In this document: in pieces, positions 46,182-57,735 of the stretch
How the letters are laid out: each line of letters starts with the position of its first letter
Position numbering within the stretch: the first letter of the stretch is position 1
Origin: Camelus dromedarius
Taxonomy: Eukaryota
Reading direction: 5' to 3'
NCBI RefSeq assembly: GCF_036321535.1
Contig: NC_087436.1
Span: 119,786,001-119,850,000 of the forward strand
Length of the DNA stretch: 64,000 bases
Position numbers and translations under genes: made by a program
Notes under the pieces: model-generated
Databases searched by the model: none
The model's input: only the letters and a program-made list of their open reading frames with translations
What the model was told of the DNA's origin: nothing

Positions 46182-47179
46182 AGCACGTGGCGGTCAGGGT
46201 CAGCGTCTGGGGTCCTCCAGGCTCTGTGGCCAAGGAAGCAGGCTCAGGACAGGAACCCCGGCTCCTGCCACCTGCCAGGATGCTGCTGCTGCCATCAGGG
46301 ATGGATCCTAACATGAAAACATGGCAATCACGAAAGGGTTCAGGCCATGGGACCAAGGTAACCGACCCCTATTTATCCAGGGACATTAGGCGGATGTTAA
46401 CGTCTTGTATGTGTGTCACAGAATGTGGAAAGAAGTGAAGCATTGCAGACACAGCGGAGGCATCGCTCCTCCACGGGACCTCCACACTCCCCCCGAAGTG
46501 TTCCATTCTCATCCGTGTTCTCCTGCTTTCACCGCCCCCATCTGTGTTCATAAATAAAGGATGCCATGATGTCGTGTGCCCCAGATCTACACGACTGGTC
46601 TGTGCTGGATGTCTCTGCTTGCGGCTGGCTTTGTTCACTCCGCGCTGTGTTTGTGAAATGAGTCCCCGTTGACAGGTGGGATTCCATTGTATGGATAAGC
46701 TGCAGTTGATCTGTTTCCTTTCAGAGGGACACTGTGTTTTGCTGCTCCCACTTTTATTTTCCTTTTTGCTATTTTGGCCAGTCCCACAGCCAACAGCTTT
46801 GTGTGAGTCTCCCGGGGTGTCTGCGTAAGCCACCCAGAATCTCAGGTGTGGTCCTCTGGAGGCAGGACTGCTGCTTGGAGCCCAGAGCATCTCCTGAGTC
46901 ACTAGATGTGGCCAAGGTGTGCTCCAGAGCCCGGTGCCAGCCAGGCCGAGAGAAGGATTGGACTTCAAGTTCATGTATTCAGAAGAAGATTTTTGCTTCC
47001 CTCCTTCCTTTCCCTCCCCTCCCCAGCAAGTGCACAGTAGTGCCGCATAGAGCTCATACAGACAGACCGAGATGCACATCCTTGCTTTGCTGCCCACCCG
47101 TGGGTGACCTGGGGCAAGTTTCCAGGTGGTGCTGTGCTGACATCCCGGGGTGATGATTCCCCCTTGGGAGGTTGCTGTA

Positions 47180-47359
47180 AGGCTCAGAGAGGTTCGGCCA
47201 CTCTCTGCAAGTTCAGCCAGTGTGTGCACAGCTGTCATCTTAGATTCGGTCACTTCTCTTTGTTTGTTAATCCCATCCTGGAAAAGGTTCTGTTTTCCAC
47301 GGAGGGATCGATGCACAATTCCCAAGTCAATTAATCCATGTATGTGGAAGGTGGGCTTC
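47180..47359 (+). repeat. 180-bp direct repeat, copy 2 (putative insertion into a MIR)
   Basis: Matches copy 1. The flanks on both sides are MIR-like. Confidence 0.95.
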
Positions 47360-48549
47360 GAAATATGGAGTTTTGCTCCAATAGGTGATGTACGTGACGC
47401 AGTGTTCAGTAAATGTCGGAAGTTGTCATTTGTTCGTTCATTGATTCACTGATTCATCCCTCTACTCATGAAGCCTTTGGTGCTCCAGGAGGTGGGCTGG
47501 CTCCTTGCTCGGCCGCCTGGAGCCTCCCCAACATCCTCTTCCTCAGCTGGGCCCAGAGGTCAAGCTTCTCAGGTGGCTTCTGTGTTGGCTCTGGAGGTCT
47601 TTGGCCTAGAAAATTGCTCCAGTTTTCCAGGAATCTGACGGCCTTCTCCCTGGGGGCCCTCGACAGCCAGAAATTCCACCACGCCCAGGGATCCCCGAGG
47701 GAGCCGCCCTCTGTCCCCCAGAGGGAAGTGTGTGAGAAAGGCACCTGGGGCCAGTTGTGGAGGGGCGGGAATTGGGGGAACATCTGGAAATTCCTGAGCC
47801 TTGAAATTAGTTAAACAAATACCATTTGCTCTCCTTTTTACCCTTCAAACAACCCAAAGAATGGGGCCCACGGGACGTGTGGGGCAGCTGCATCTTCCTG
47901 TTGGCGGTGATGGAGGGTCCTACGGGGGATGTGGGCCGGGCCTGCGGAGGCTGCGAGACCTGGGCTCTTGTCCTGAATCTGCGGACCGGATGTGACCTCA
48001 GGCATGCTGCCCTCCCTGGCCTCAGGGTCCTCGTCTGTGGCTGGGGGATTTGATGGAGGGTCTTATCTGGCTCGTGAGAGCCACTGGTGAAGTTGGGTTC
48101 CCCGGAGTCACACTGGTGGGTGCTACCCCCCAGCCAAGGGGAGGGATTAGAGAAACCGGAGGGACCACCTCCACCACAGCTGAAACGGGGGAGCAGCCTT
48201 GCCCCTGCTCCCTGGCCCTTTCCTGGGCCCCTGGGGTTCCCGTAGTGGTCGGGCTTCAGGTGAGACTGTCGTGCCTGCTCAGAAGCAGCCTGGTTCACTG
48301 CTCCTGCACACTCAGGCCTCCCACACCACGTGAGGGTCCCCCAGCACCCACTGCTAGTCATAGTCAGGAGACCCTCACCCCACTGAGCCCCTCTCACAAC
48401 AGCTGCATGGCCTCGGCTTAATGAGCCAAGCTGTGGCCGCTTCTCCCACAACACATGCACGCGCCCTGGCCAGCCAGGGCGCTCCTGTCTGCTGTCCATG
48501 GTTCCAGCATCTGGAGGGGCCTGGCACCTGGGGGTGTCCATCAGCCACA

Positions 48550-48655
48550 GAGTGAGCGTGTGAGTGAGTGAATGAATGAGTGAATGAAGGAATGAGTGAG
48601 TGAGTGAATGAGTGAGGGAGGGAATGAATGAATGAGTGGGTGACTGAATGAATGC
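48550..48655. repeat. (TGAG/TGAA)n degenerate microsatellite
   Basis: Seen directly. Confidence 0.9.
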
Positions 48656-49404
48656 AGTGACCTGGCGCCCAGATCCAGGTCTTCAGCAGAAGAGGCAGCC
48701 TGTCCTGGAGGCTGGGAGGCCCCACCACCTACCAGCAGGAGCTCTGAGGCAGAGCCAGGGCCACACTGGGCCTCAGTTTCCCTATAGGACCAGGGGAGGT
48801 GGTGTCCAGATCCACGCACCCACAGATATCCACAGGGCACTCCTGTGTGTGGGCCCAGTGCCGGGCGTTAGGACTCCCCAGCCCTCAGGCCCGACTGTCC
48901 CCGCCCTGGAGTGTAGGCCAGTGAGGGGACCGAGCCCCAGCACATCCGACACCCCGGTTGGAACAGAAGCTGTGGGACCACAGAGCAGGACGAACTCCAA
49001 GGTGTGGACGGCTGAGCTGTGACCACAGCAGCCTGTGACCAAGCTGGGTTGGGCAGAGCATGAACCATCGCTGCGGGGAGTTGGGCTTTGTCCCCAGGTC
49101 AGTGGGAGCCATGGAGGAGCTGAGAGCAGGAGCAGGCCGGCTCAGCCTTGTGAGGCCCAGGCCCAGGCCCAGGGCTGCAAGGAGTGAGAAGGACAGATGG
49201 AGGCAGGGAGCCCAGGCAGGCGGCTGGGGGTGAGGCAGGGAGGGGGCGAGGCTGGAGCTGAGGCCATGGAGGTGAGGAGGCAGCTGTGGGGCTGTGGACG
49301 GTCTGTGCTTGGGAGCTCTGCCTGTCACCCGAGGGCCTGCCACACAGCACGAAGGCCCCACTGGTGCTGCAGGTGCCTGAGGGTGTGTCTATGTATGACA
49401 GCCA

Positions 49405-49520
49405 GGGAGAGACAGAGAGTCAGAGACAGAGAGATGGAGAAAGAGAGACACAGAGACAGAGAGACAGAGACAGAAAGGAGGGAGACAGAGAGAAAGCCAG
49501 AAAGAGGAGATGGAGAGACA
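49405..49520. repeat. (GAGACA/GA)n purine-rich repeat
   Basis: Seen directly. Confidence 0.9.
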
Positions 49521-50684
49521 GGGTGAGGCTGACCACCCCTCCTCTGCGAACGCCTCCCCGCCCCGAGGGCCCACCTTGCTGTGAGCTCTCTAGGAGGCTC
49601 TGTGCCCTGTGGCTTCTGCTGACAAACAGGTAAGAACCCCAGTGGGTCCCGCACCCACCAGCCCAGCTGCCCCGCAGAGGGCGAGGCCATGAGGCCCCGG
49701 GCAGCACCCGCCCCTCGGCCTGTCTCGGCTCAGCTCCACCTCAGTCCTCCTCTGCCCCCCTCCCCCGCAGTGCGGCCGCAGGAGGGCCCCCATCCCTCTG
49801 AGTGTCCGTTTCTTCAGCCGAAGCTGGGTGTCTGGGAGAAAGCAGAGCGAGCCAGACGCCCACACAGAGCCTGGGATGGCCCCTCTGACCCCTGCCCTTC
49901 ATCCTTGCTGCCGCCTGGTGCCCTAGTGACATTATTACCCCATTTTACGGGTGAGGAAGCTGAGGCCCAGGGATCAGGTGACTCTCAAAGGCCCACAGGT
50001 GGCTAGTGAGAAGCAGAGCTGGAGTTCAGAGTCTGGGGCTTGTTTGCTTCTCAGTAAACAGTGGGGCTGATCAACTCCTCTCCCCCGCTCTCTGCGCTGA
50101 TCATGGCCCCTGGAAGCCCGGAGCCTGGCCCACCGCGGACACTGCCCGACGGTCAGGCCCCTCAGCTGCAGACCGCCCCTCAGAGCCGCCCTCCTGGGCC
50201 AGAGTCGGCCAGGGCCTGCTGGCTTCAGCCTTGCATCTGGCTAAACCAGTTCCTCCTGGGTCTTGGTGACCGTGAGTCCTAAAAGTTGGGACACATAGGG
50301 CGTTTCCCCAGGAGGTTCAAGGTTCTTGAGGGACAGCAGAGAGGCTCCAGGTGGGCCCCGAGGCACAGGGCATTTAACACAACACCCCCGCCCCCTGAAG
50401 CTGCCCCGCGCTACCCAGAGCCATCCACGTGGGATCTCTCGCCCTTGCCCAGAGCGGCCTCTGGGTGCGTAGGTGGCCTCGGCGGCAGACAGGCCCTGGG
50501 TCTGGGTTTCCCTCTGCCTATGTCCCCACCTCCCTCAGAGTGGCATGTGCCCTGGGGTCCGGTCCCCAGCCGGGCTGCAGCCCAGCGTCGCGGAGGACGG
50601 CATCCTCATGGACCTCCTCTGAACCCCTCACACCCAATAAAGTTCCGTTTAACACTCCCCCCCGCAGAAGATGGGAAAACACGC

Positions 50685-51049
50685 TGTGTCATTTTTCCGG
50701 GGCCTCTGTAAGAGTGCATTGCCTGGATGACACAGAAACTTGTTTCACAGTCCTGGAGGCTGGGAGTCTGAGAGCAAGGTGAGGGCTAGCTGGTTCTTCT
50801 GAGGCCTCTGTCCTCGGTGTGGATGGCCGTCTTCTCTCCGTGCCCTCGTGTGGCCATCCCTCTGTGCATGTCTGTGTCCTAATCTCCACTTCTTATAAGG
50901 ACCCAGTCAGATTAGATGGGGACCCACCCCAGTGACCTCATTTTACCTTAATTACCTCTTCCAAGACCTGATCTCTAATGACAGCCTCTTTCTGCAGTGC
51001 TGGGGGTTAGGACCGTGTGGATTTCGGGGGCATGATTCAGCCCATCACA
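50685..51049 (-). mobile_element. MLT1A-like LTR
   Basis: cacagtcctggaggctgggagtctgagagcaaggtg...cttataaggacccagtcagattag...ccagtgacctcattttaccttaattacctc...attcagcccatcaca. Confidence 0.85.
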
Positions 51050-54000
51050 GGTGCTCACTGGTGTTTGTGAGGTGAATGAATGAATGAAGAATGGAGATTC
51101 CCAAATGAGATACTTCCTTTCTGCCCAGGGAATCAGAGGTTACCAAGGAGCTGGCCTCTGTTTTACATGCAGGACAAGTGACAAATCTTCCTTTTATATG
51201 CATTTTTTTCCACTCTTGTTTTCCACCCATAGGCTGGTGTGTGTGGGTGGGGAGGGACCTTTGCAGGACGAAAACCGTGGTAGGAGAGGGGCAGCCGGCT
51301 GCAGAGGGATGGGAGGTGCTTCTGCCAGGAGGATTTGGTTTCTGGAACCATCGGCTCCGTCTCCACCAGGATGCGAAGGGGAAAGCAGGAGCGGGTCTTA
51401 TTCGTGCCAATGCTTAGACCTTTACTGATGCAAACAGAAGACTTCCCAACCCTGGGTTTGCAGAGGTGGACAAAACTGATGCCCAGTGGCCTGGCTGGGG
51501 TGCCCTGTGTACCAACACTCTCACCTGTTGTCACTGGGCGTGGGGACCTCAGCACACAGTAGGTGTCCCACAAAGGTAGCACATAGTAGGCCTGCAGGCA
51601 GATTTCCTTGGCACACCCCACCTCCCTTCCTGGAGGGTGGTTTCTCTTCCAGAGCATCCTGTTTGTTCGACCCAAATTCTGGCCTCTCTTCTCAGTGCTG
51701 TTTGGCCTTAGAGCCGGGCGACTTTATTCCAGAAAAGACAGGAGCCAGACCTTGGCGGCAGAGGCCCAGCCAAGGGTGGGCGAGGGGCGGCACTCCGGCC
51801 CCAGGCAGCTTTCAGCCGGTGAGTCAGTGCCCCATGGATGTCATTGCAAATGACAGATGTGGGCCTGGGGCGGGGGCCTCAAGCAGGGGCCGCACCAAAT
51901 GCATTTTCCTTCTGTGTCTCTGCCTGACTTGCTCAGCTTTCTTGGCTTAGGGAGGAAGGCCGGGAAGGGACACTGGAAAGTCCTTGTGCTTTAGTTTTGA
52001 GTCACATGCCCCGGCCTGGTGCTGGGCCTCTGCAGGAGAGGCCTGGGCTCCAGGGCAGGGCGGGGGATCGCTGGCCTGCGTGCTGGGGGTGTCTTGGTGA
52101 AGGGGATACCCCCAAAACAAACCTGCGCACTGACCTGGGTGGGTGGCACTTTACTCCCCTCAAGCACAGGACTTCTGAGAGAAATCTGGTGGCTCTGACA
52201 TGGTCCTGGCCCAAGAGAAGCCCACTGACCTGTGGGGCAGCAGCTCCGGGACCCAGGGCTGGGCCAAGGGGGTCCCCGGCACCAGGGCAGCGGGCCCTGC
52301 CTGGGACGCTTCTTGGTGGAGGTGATGCTTACCTGAAGCCCTGAAGGATGAGCAGGAGATGGAGGAGGGACCGCGTGTGCAGAGGCGTGGAGGTGGACAG
52401 GGCAGGTGGCCGGTGAGAGGACCTGGGCTCCGGCCTGTGGAGCAGTGTCCGAGTGGGGGATTAGCAGCAGGTGGACGGAGGGGCGGCAACAAGTCTGGAG
52501 GCGCTAAGGTGCAGCCCCAGAAGCTTCTCTGATGTCACTCCCACTGGCTAGGCAGCGAGCCTTGATTTGAAAGTGGACGTTCTCCAAGTCTCACCTTGAG
52601 AGGCGCAGCGCAACTGTGGCATTGGACTGGGCCACACAGGGGTTGGATCTGAGCCTTCCTGAGCTCACTGTGACCCACAGCAGTGCCACCTGGCCCCTGG
52701 GACAGGCAGTCACCCCTGGGTACTCTGAGTTTCTGGGATGGCTGTCCTGGGGCATCTGACTTCCTGGCATAGACTCAAGTCTCTGACCTCTGGATGGGCC
52801 ACCTCAGGGCCAGCCCCTCTTCTGTCACCCTCTGAAGCAGAGGAAGGGACAGACAGGACCGGGCTGGGGTGCCCGGGGACGTGGCCTGGATGGGTGCAAG
52901 AGCCTTTGTGTGATGCCAGCTGGCCACATCAGGGACACTAGCCAGTGGCTGTCCCCCTGGGGAGAGGAACCCAGTAGGCAGCCTCTACCCCTGGTTGGCC
53001 GGGGCCGAGCAGGGTGAGCGCTGGCCTGGAGCCTTGGCAGAGCAGACAGAGAGGAGGCCCACGTCCTCCGCCCACGTCAGCGGCCCCCCTTGGAGCCTCC
53101 CTGCGGAGCCCAGTGTCCTCAGCGCCCGAGGGTGCCGGGCTGCTGCCGGTGTAGCGCCCGGTGCACCTCCTCCTTTTCAGGAGTCGCCCAGCGGCCCTGC
53201 GAATCCCCGCCGGGGTGCTCGGTGAGTCTGGGGGAGGCCGGTCTGAGCAGCCTGTTGGGGCGCCCGTGCCCACTGCCAGCAAGCAGACTCCTGGGCTGGC
53301 CCCTTTGGGAGCTGGAGGCCCCGTGGGGTCTCCAGGCTGAGGGGCACAGTGCCCGGACCCGAGAGGACCTATCCCCATGACCGCTGTCCCACATCTCCGC
53401 AGCTCATTAGGGATGTGGGTGTGCAGTCCCTGCCGGCCCCCTAAGGCAAGAAGCCCGGCTCTGAGATGGGGACAGACGCTCAAGGGGCCGTGTCTTCTCA
53501 AGGGCAGGAGGCAGGACCGGCCCCCATTCCAGGCTGACCTCGAGCTGCTGCCCGTCTCCAGGAGCATGCGGCTGCCAGGCTGGCTGCCAGCAGCAGTGCG
53601 CTCCAGGCCTGGCCCTCCTCCTTGGGGTCCCTACTCAGGCTGGCATCAGGGGACTGCTGTCACTCCCTCAGCCTGGAGCCCCAGCCCAGGGCTGCCCCAG
53701 AGGATCCCTGACTGAGACGCTGCTCGCCAGGACCTTCCTGGCAGTGAGATGGATTTTCTTACCCTGGGCGCGTCTATCAGGAGCCTGGAGGCTGTCCCAA
53801 CATGCTCCACCAGTTCCCAGAACCTCTGCTGTCTCTGTGGGGGTGTTTTCAGGAAAGGTCCAAATCACATACAAGTTATATTTTAGGCTGATATCAAATC
53901 TCACCATTTTATCTGTGCTTGCTTTATACAAAATAGACCAAAAGGAAGATGGGGCACTGCCCCCCAGGCGTACGCACACACACAGACTCACACGGACAGC

Positions 54001-56654
54001 CCCAGGGGCCCCGCCCTGTGGAACCGGCACCCTCTGACCTCGCCAGCCCTCGTCCTTTGCTCTCAGGGCCTCTGGCCTCAGGGAAGCAGGGGAGACACCC
54101 AGAAAGGAGGAACCTGCACAAACTGTCCGACTGAAGTTCCCCAGCGGCCTGTCCTCTGCCAGCTGTCCATGTCCTGTTCAGCCATGCGGGAGAGACTCAC
54201 CTCCCGCCCACCTGCCCCCAGCTCGGCACACACACACCCTGAGCGGGGAGGACCCAGGGCCGCAGGCCAGAGGTGGCCCTTCCTCCTGGACGTCCTGGGT
54301 TCCTCAGCCTGACTCGCTGTTGAGATTGGGCCCCTGCTCCAGCAGGGGATCGAGCACGTGCCTTGGGGGTTACAGGAGGCGTTCAGCAGAAATGCCCCGT
54401 GCTGTGGCAGTAGGGCCGCCAGGCTCCACCTGGGCCGGCCTGCGCAGTTCGTAAAGCGCGCTCACGTCCATTCTCCAGTTTGGGCTTCACTGTTGTCCTT
54501 GGTAGGAGCCAGGTCCCGGGAGGCTGCCTGTTAGACGTCAAGGGCTTTTTCTAGGACCCTTTCACCCCAGTGACCTGGAACCGCCCTCGTGGGCCCCCTG
54601 AATCCGACTCATTTGTCAGTCAGCCGCTTCTCCAGTCTACCCAGCAGTCATCTATTCGTCTAACAAACACCTCCCATGTGTCTGCCAGGCGCTGTGTAAG
54701 CAGGACACGTGCTTATGAGCCCCATTTTACAGAAAGGGGGACTGAGGCTGGGAGGGGCTCCCTCACGGGTCCAGGGCCTCTACTCTCCTGCTGTGCTGTC
54801 GTGTGAATGTCCTCCCTCCCGCTCACCTGAGTGACACGCCATCCCCAGGGCTCTGGGATCTGGGGTCTGATTAATCTCAGGCCCCCAGATGGAGAAGGGC
54901 CCAGCCCAGGAAGCCCAGGCCACGTATTGTGTTGAATTCTGCTCTGCCGGGACCCCCCGGGCACTGAGGCCCAGTCTGTGGCCAGTGCAGCTGCAAGGCC
55001 CAGACAGCTGGGGGCCGGCGTGCCGCTTCGGGGCTGCCGGCTGCTGGAGGAGCAGCCTGAGGTGGGCCTGACGTATAAGTTACCTGCGATGTCAAGGGCG
55101 CTTTCCCCGGGTCTAACAAGCCCATCACGCCCCGCACCCAGGGCCCCTGCGTCAGTCCGGCAGCTGAGCCGCATCGTGAATTTCCGTGGCCGCGGGAGGA
55201 ATGGCAGGCTTGTGGGAATTGCATGCAGAGGGCTGTGGAGTGGAGATTTGGCAAGACTCGTTTCTTGGGAGCGGGAATTTGGTGGGAAAGGACAGCTGAC
55301 TTGGCGGGATGTTCAGGTCTGAGAGTAACCGACGCGACCCCCATCCCGGCCCAGCGGATGTTGTGTTCTGACTGTGAACTCGCCTGGGCTCCGCTGTCCG
55401 GTCCTCCTCCTCTCCCCTCTTGCCACCTCCTGCCTGGGGACGGGGAGCATCAGAAATGCCCACCCTCCCCCCGGGGGCAGAGCCGGAATGTGCCGGGAGC
55501 TTCCGGGGAGGCCCCGCCAGCAGTGTCGAAAGGAACTGGAGAGAAGGAACGCCAAGCCTGAGGACGTGGAGATTCAATCAGTGGTGTGATTCCCTCTGCA
55601 AATTAAATTATTCATCATTCCCTGGTCCTTAATAAGATAATTACTGCCTTTGGTTTTCCCTACTAGAAAGGGACTTACTTCGCGTCTGAGTGTGAAGGAA
55701 GCTGTTAAGTTGCCGCAGCCCCGAGAACGAGGGCCAGTTCTGCCCAACCCTGCACCCCGAATGTCTTGGCCCAGATCCAGCCTCAGCCACCACCCCTGAG
55801 TGGCTGAGCTTCCTCCTGGGCTCCAAGCCGCAGGTCTGGCCGCTCTAGTCCTCCTCTGCACGGTGGCCCGGGCTCCACGTGATCACTGGGAAAACTGTAG
55901 CACGTCCATTACGGAGATGTGCCCTAATTCACGAGCAAGGGTTTTATGTATGTGATAAAATCACGCTCCAAATAGAAAATTTCAAGGGTGAGCTAAGACG
56001 TGAAATGGAATTCTCTATTTTCACACACTTGAGGCTCATCCTGGCCCCCCCGCTGGTGGAGGAACAAACCCAGTGATGGGAGGTCTTTGCTCAGGCCGGT
56101 CCACGCCTGCTGGCCTCCTCTGGGGCTGGAGCCAGGAGCTGGAGGGCATTCTGGGTGCAGCGCTTCTGAGCTCTGCTTAACCCTCCCAACTCCTGCTGCC
56201 CGAGATATTCTCCGAGAGCCCGCCCCAGACCTGCCTGCCCCCTCGGAGTCTGCCTTTGAACGAGAGCCTGGGGTGAGTCCGGATGCCTCACCGTGTGAGC
56301 CGCACTGCTCTGCGGGGTCCTGGGGCCTGCCCTCACCCTGTATCTGCCCGGCAATCCCACCCCTGGCCCAAGCCCCGGCTGGGCTGTCTCTCCAGCCCAC
56401 AGCCTGGCCCTCCCCAAGTCCCCTCCAGTCACAACCCAGGCCTTTCTCTCTGGAAGCTTACTGATGGATGCCCACTGCCATCTCGCAGGGAGCCCCCTCC
56501 TGCAAGCCCCTCACACTGGCTCTGCTGGCCTGGCTTCAGTCTGTCCCCTACTCCCTGGGGCTCCATGACAGTAGAAACATTATTTTTTTTGTTTCTGCAC
56601 AAAGAATGTGACAAGTCCCTGGCCCGTGGCTGAGCACTGTTCTTTTTATCTCCC

Positions 56655-57735
56655 AATTAAAAAAAAATGCCCGTAACTTAAAATTGACCATTTTTAGGGG
56701 TCCAGTTCAGTGGCATTAAGTCCTTTCACATTGTTGCAGTTGTCACCACCATCATCTCCAGAACTCTTTTGTTTAATTGAAGTCAGTTACAGTGTGTCAT
56801 TTCTGGTGTGCAGCGTATTGTCCCAGTCACACATGGATGTACGTATGTTTGTTTTCATAATATTTTCCATTAAAGATTATGACAAAATATTGAATATGGG
56901 GGAACTCTTTTCTTCTTCCCAAAATGTAACTCTGTCCCCAACAAACACTAACTCCCGCTCCCCAGCCCCTGGCGCCCACCATCCTACTTTCCGTCTCTGT
57001 GCGTTTGACTCCTCTCAGGACCTCATCTGAATGGAATTCATGCTTGTCTTTTTGTGACTGGCTTATTTCACTGAACACAGTATCCTCAGGGTTCATCCCT
57101 GTTGTAGCAGGTGTCAGAATTTCCTTCCTTTTTAGGGCTGAGCGGTATCTCACTGTGTGCGTGGGCCGCATTTTGCTTGTCCCTCCCTCCACTGATGGAC
57201 ACTCGGGCTTCTCCCACGTCTCAGCTGTTGTGGATAATGCTGCTATGAGCATGGTGCACAGGTATCGCCTCGAGATCTTGCTTTCAATTGTTTTGGGTAT
57301 ATAATCAAAAGTAGAATTGCTGGATCATAGAGTAATTCCATCTTTAATTTTTTGAGGACCCGCCGTGATATTTTCCTAGTGGCTTCACCATTTTACATTC
57401 CCACCAACAGTGCAGTAGGGTTCTCATTTCTCCACATCCTCGCTAACACTTGTTTTCTTTTCTTCTTTTTTTAAACTGAAGTACAGTCAGTTACAATGTG
57501 TCAATTTGTGGTGCACAGCACAACATGCCAGTCATGCATATACATACATATATTTGTTTTCATGTTCTTTTTCATTAAAGGTTATTATAAGATATTGAAT
57601 ATAGTTTCCTGGGCTTTACAGGAGAAATTTGTTTTTTATCTATTTTTATATGTAGTAGTTAATATTTGCAAATCTTGTTATTCGAGTCTTTTGTCCATTT
57701 AAAAAATCGGTTTGTTTGTTTTTCTGTTGTTAGAG
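56655..57735 (-). mobile_element. L1MA/MB-type element carrying two younger L1 3'-end insertions
   Basis: ORF 56827-57252 (LIAALSTTAETWEKPECPS...EDTVFSEISQSQKDK) is a degenerate L1 ORF2 end. Insert 56771-56901 has TSD GAACTCTTTT and insert ~57455-57673 has TSD CTTGTT. Confidence 0.9.

Noticed and set aside
46369..47325. 318-aa ORF on the - strand
   Set aside because: It runs through L1 and MIR remnants and the duplicated segment, and has no protein-like features.
46002..47359. Direct repeats as an LTR pair or CRISPR-like array
   Set aside because: There are no TG...CA ends, primer-binding site, polypurine tract or outer TSD. There are only two copies, and the context is a eukaryotic intron.
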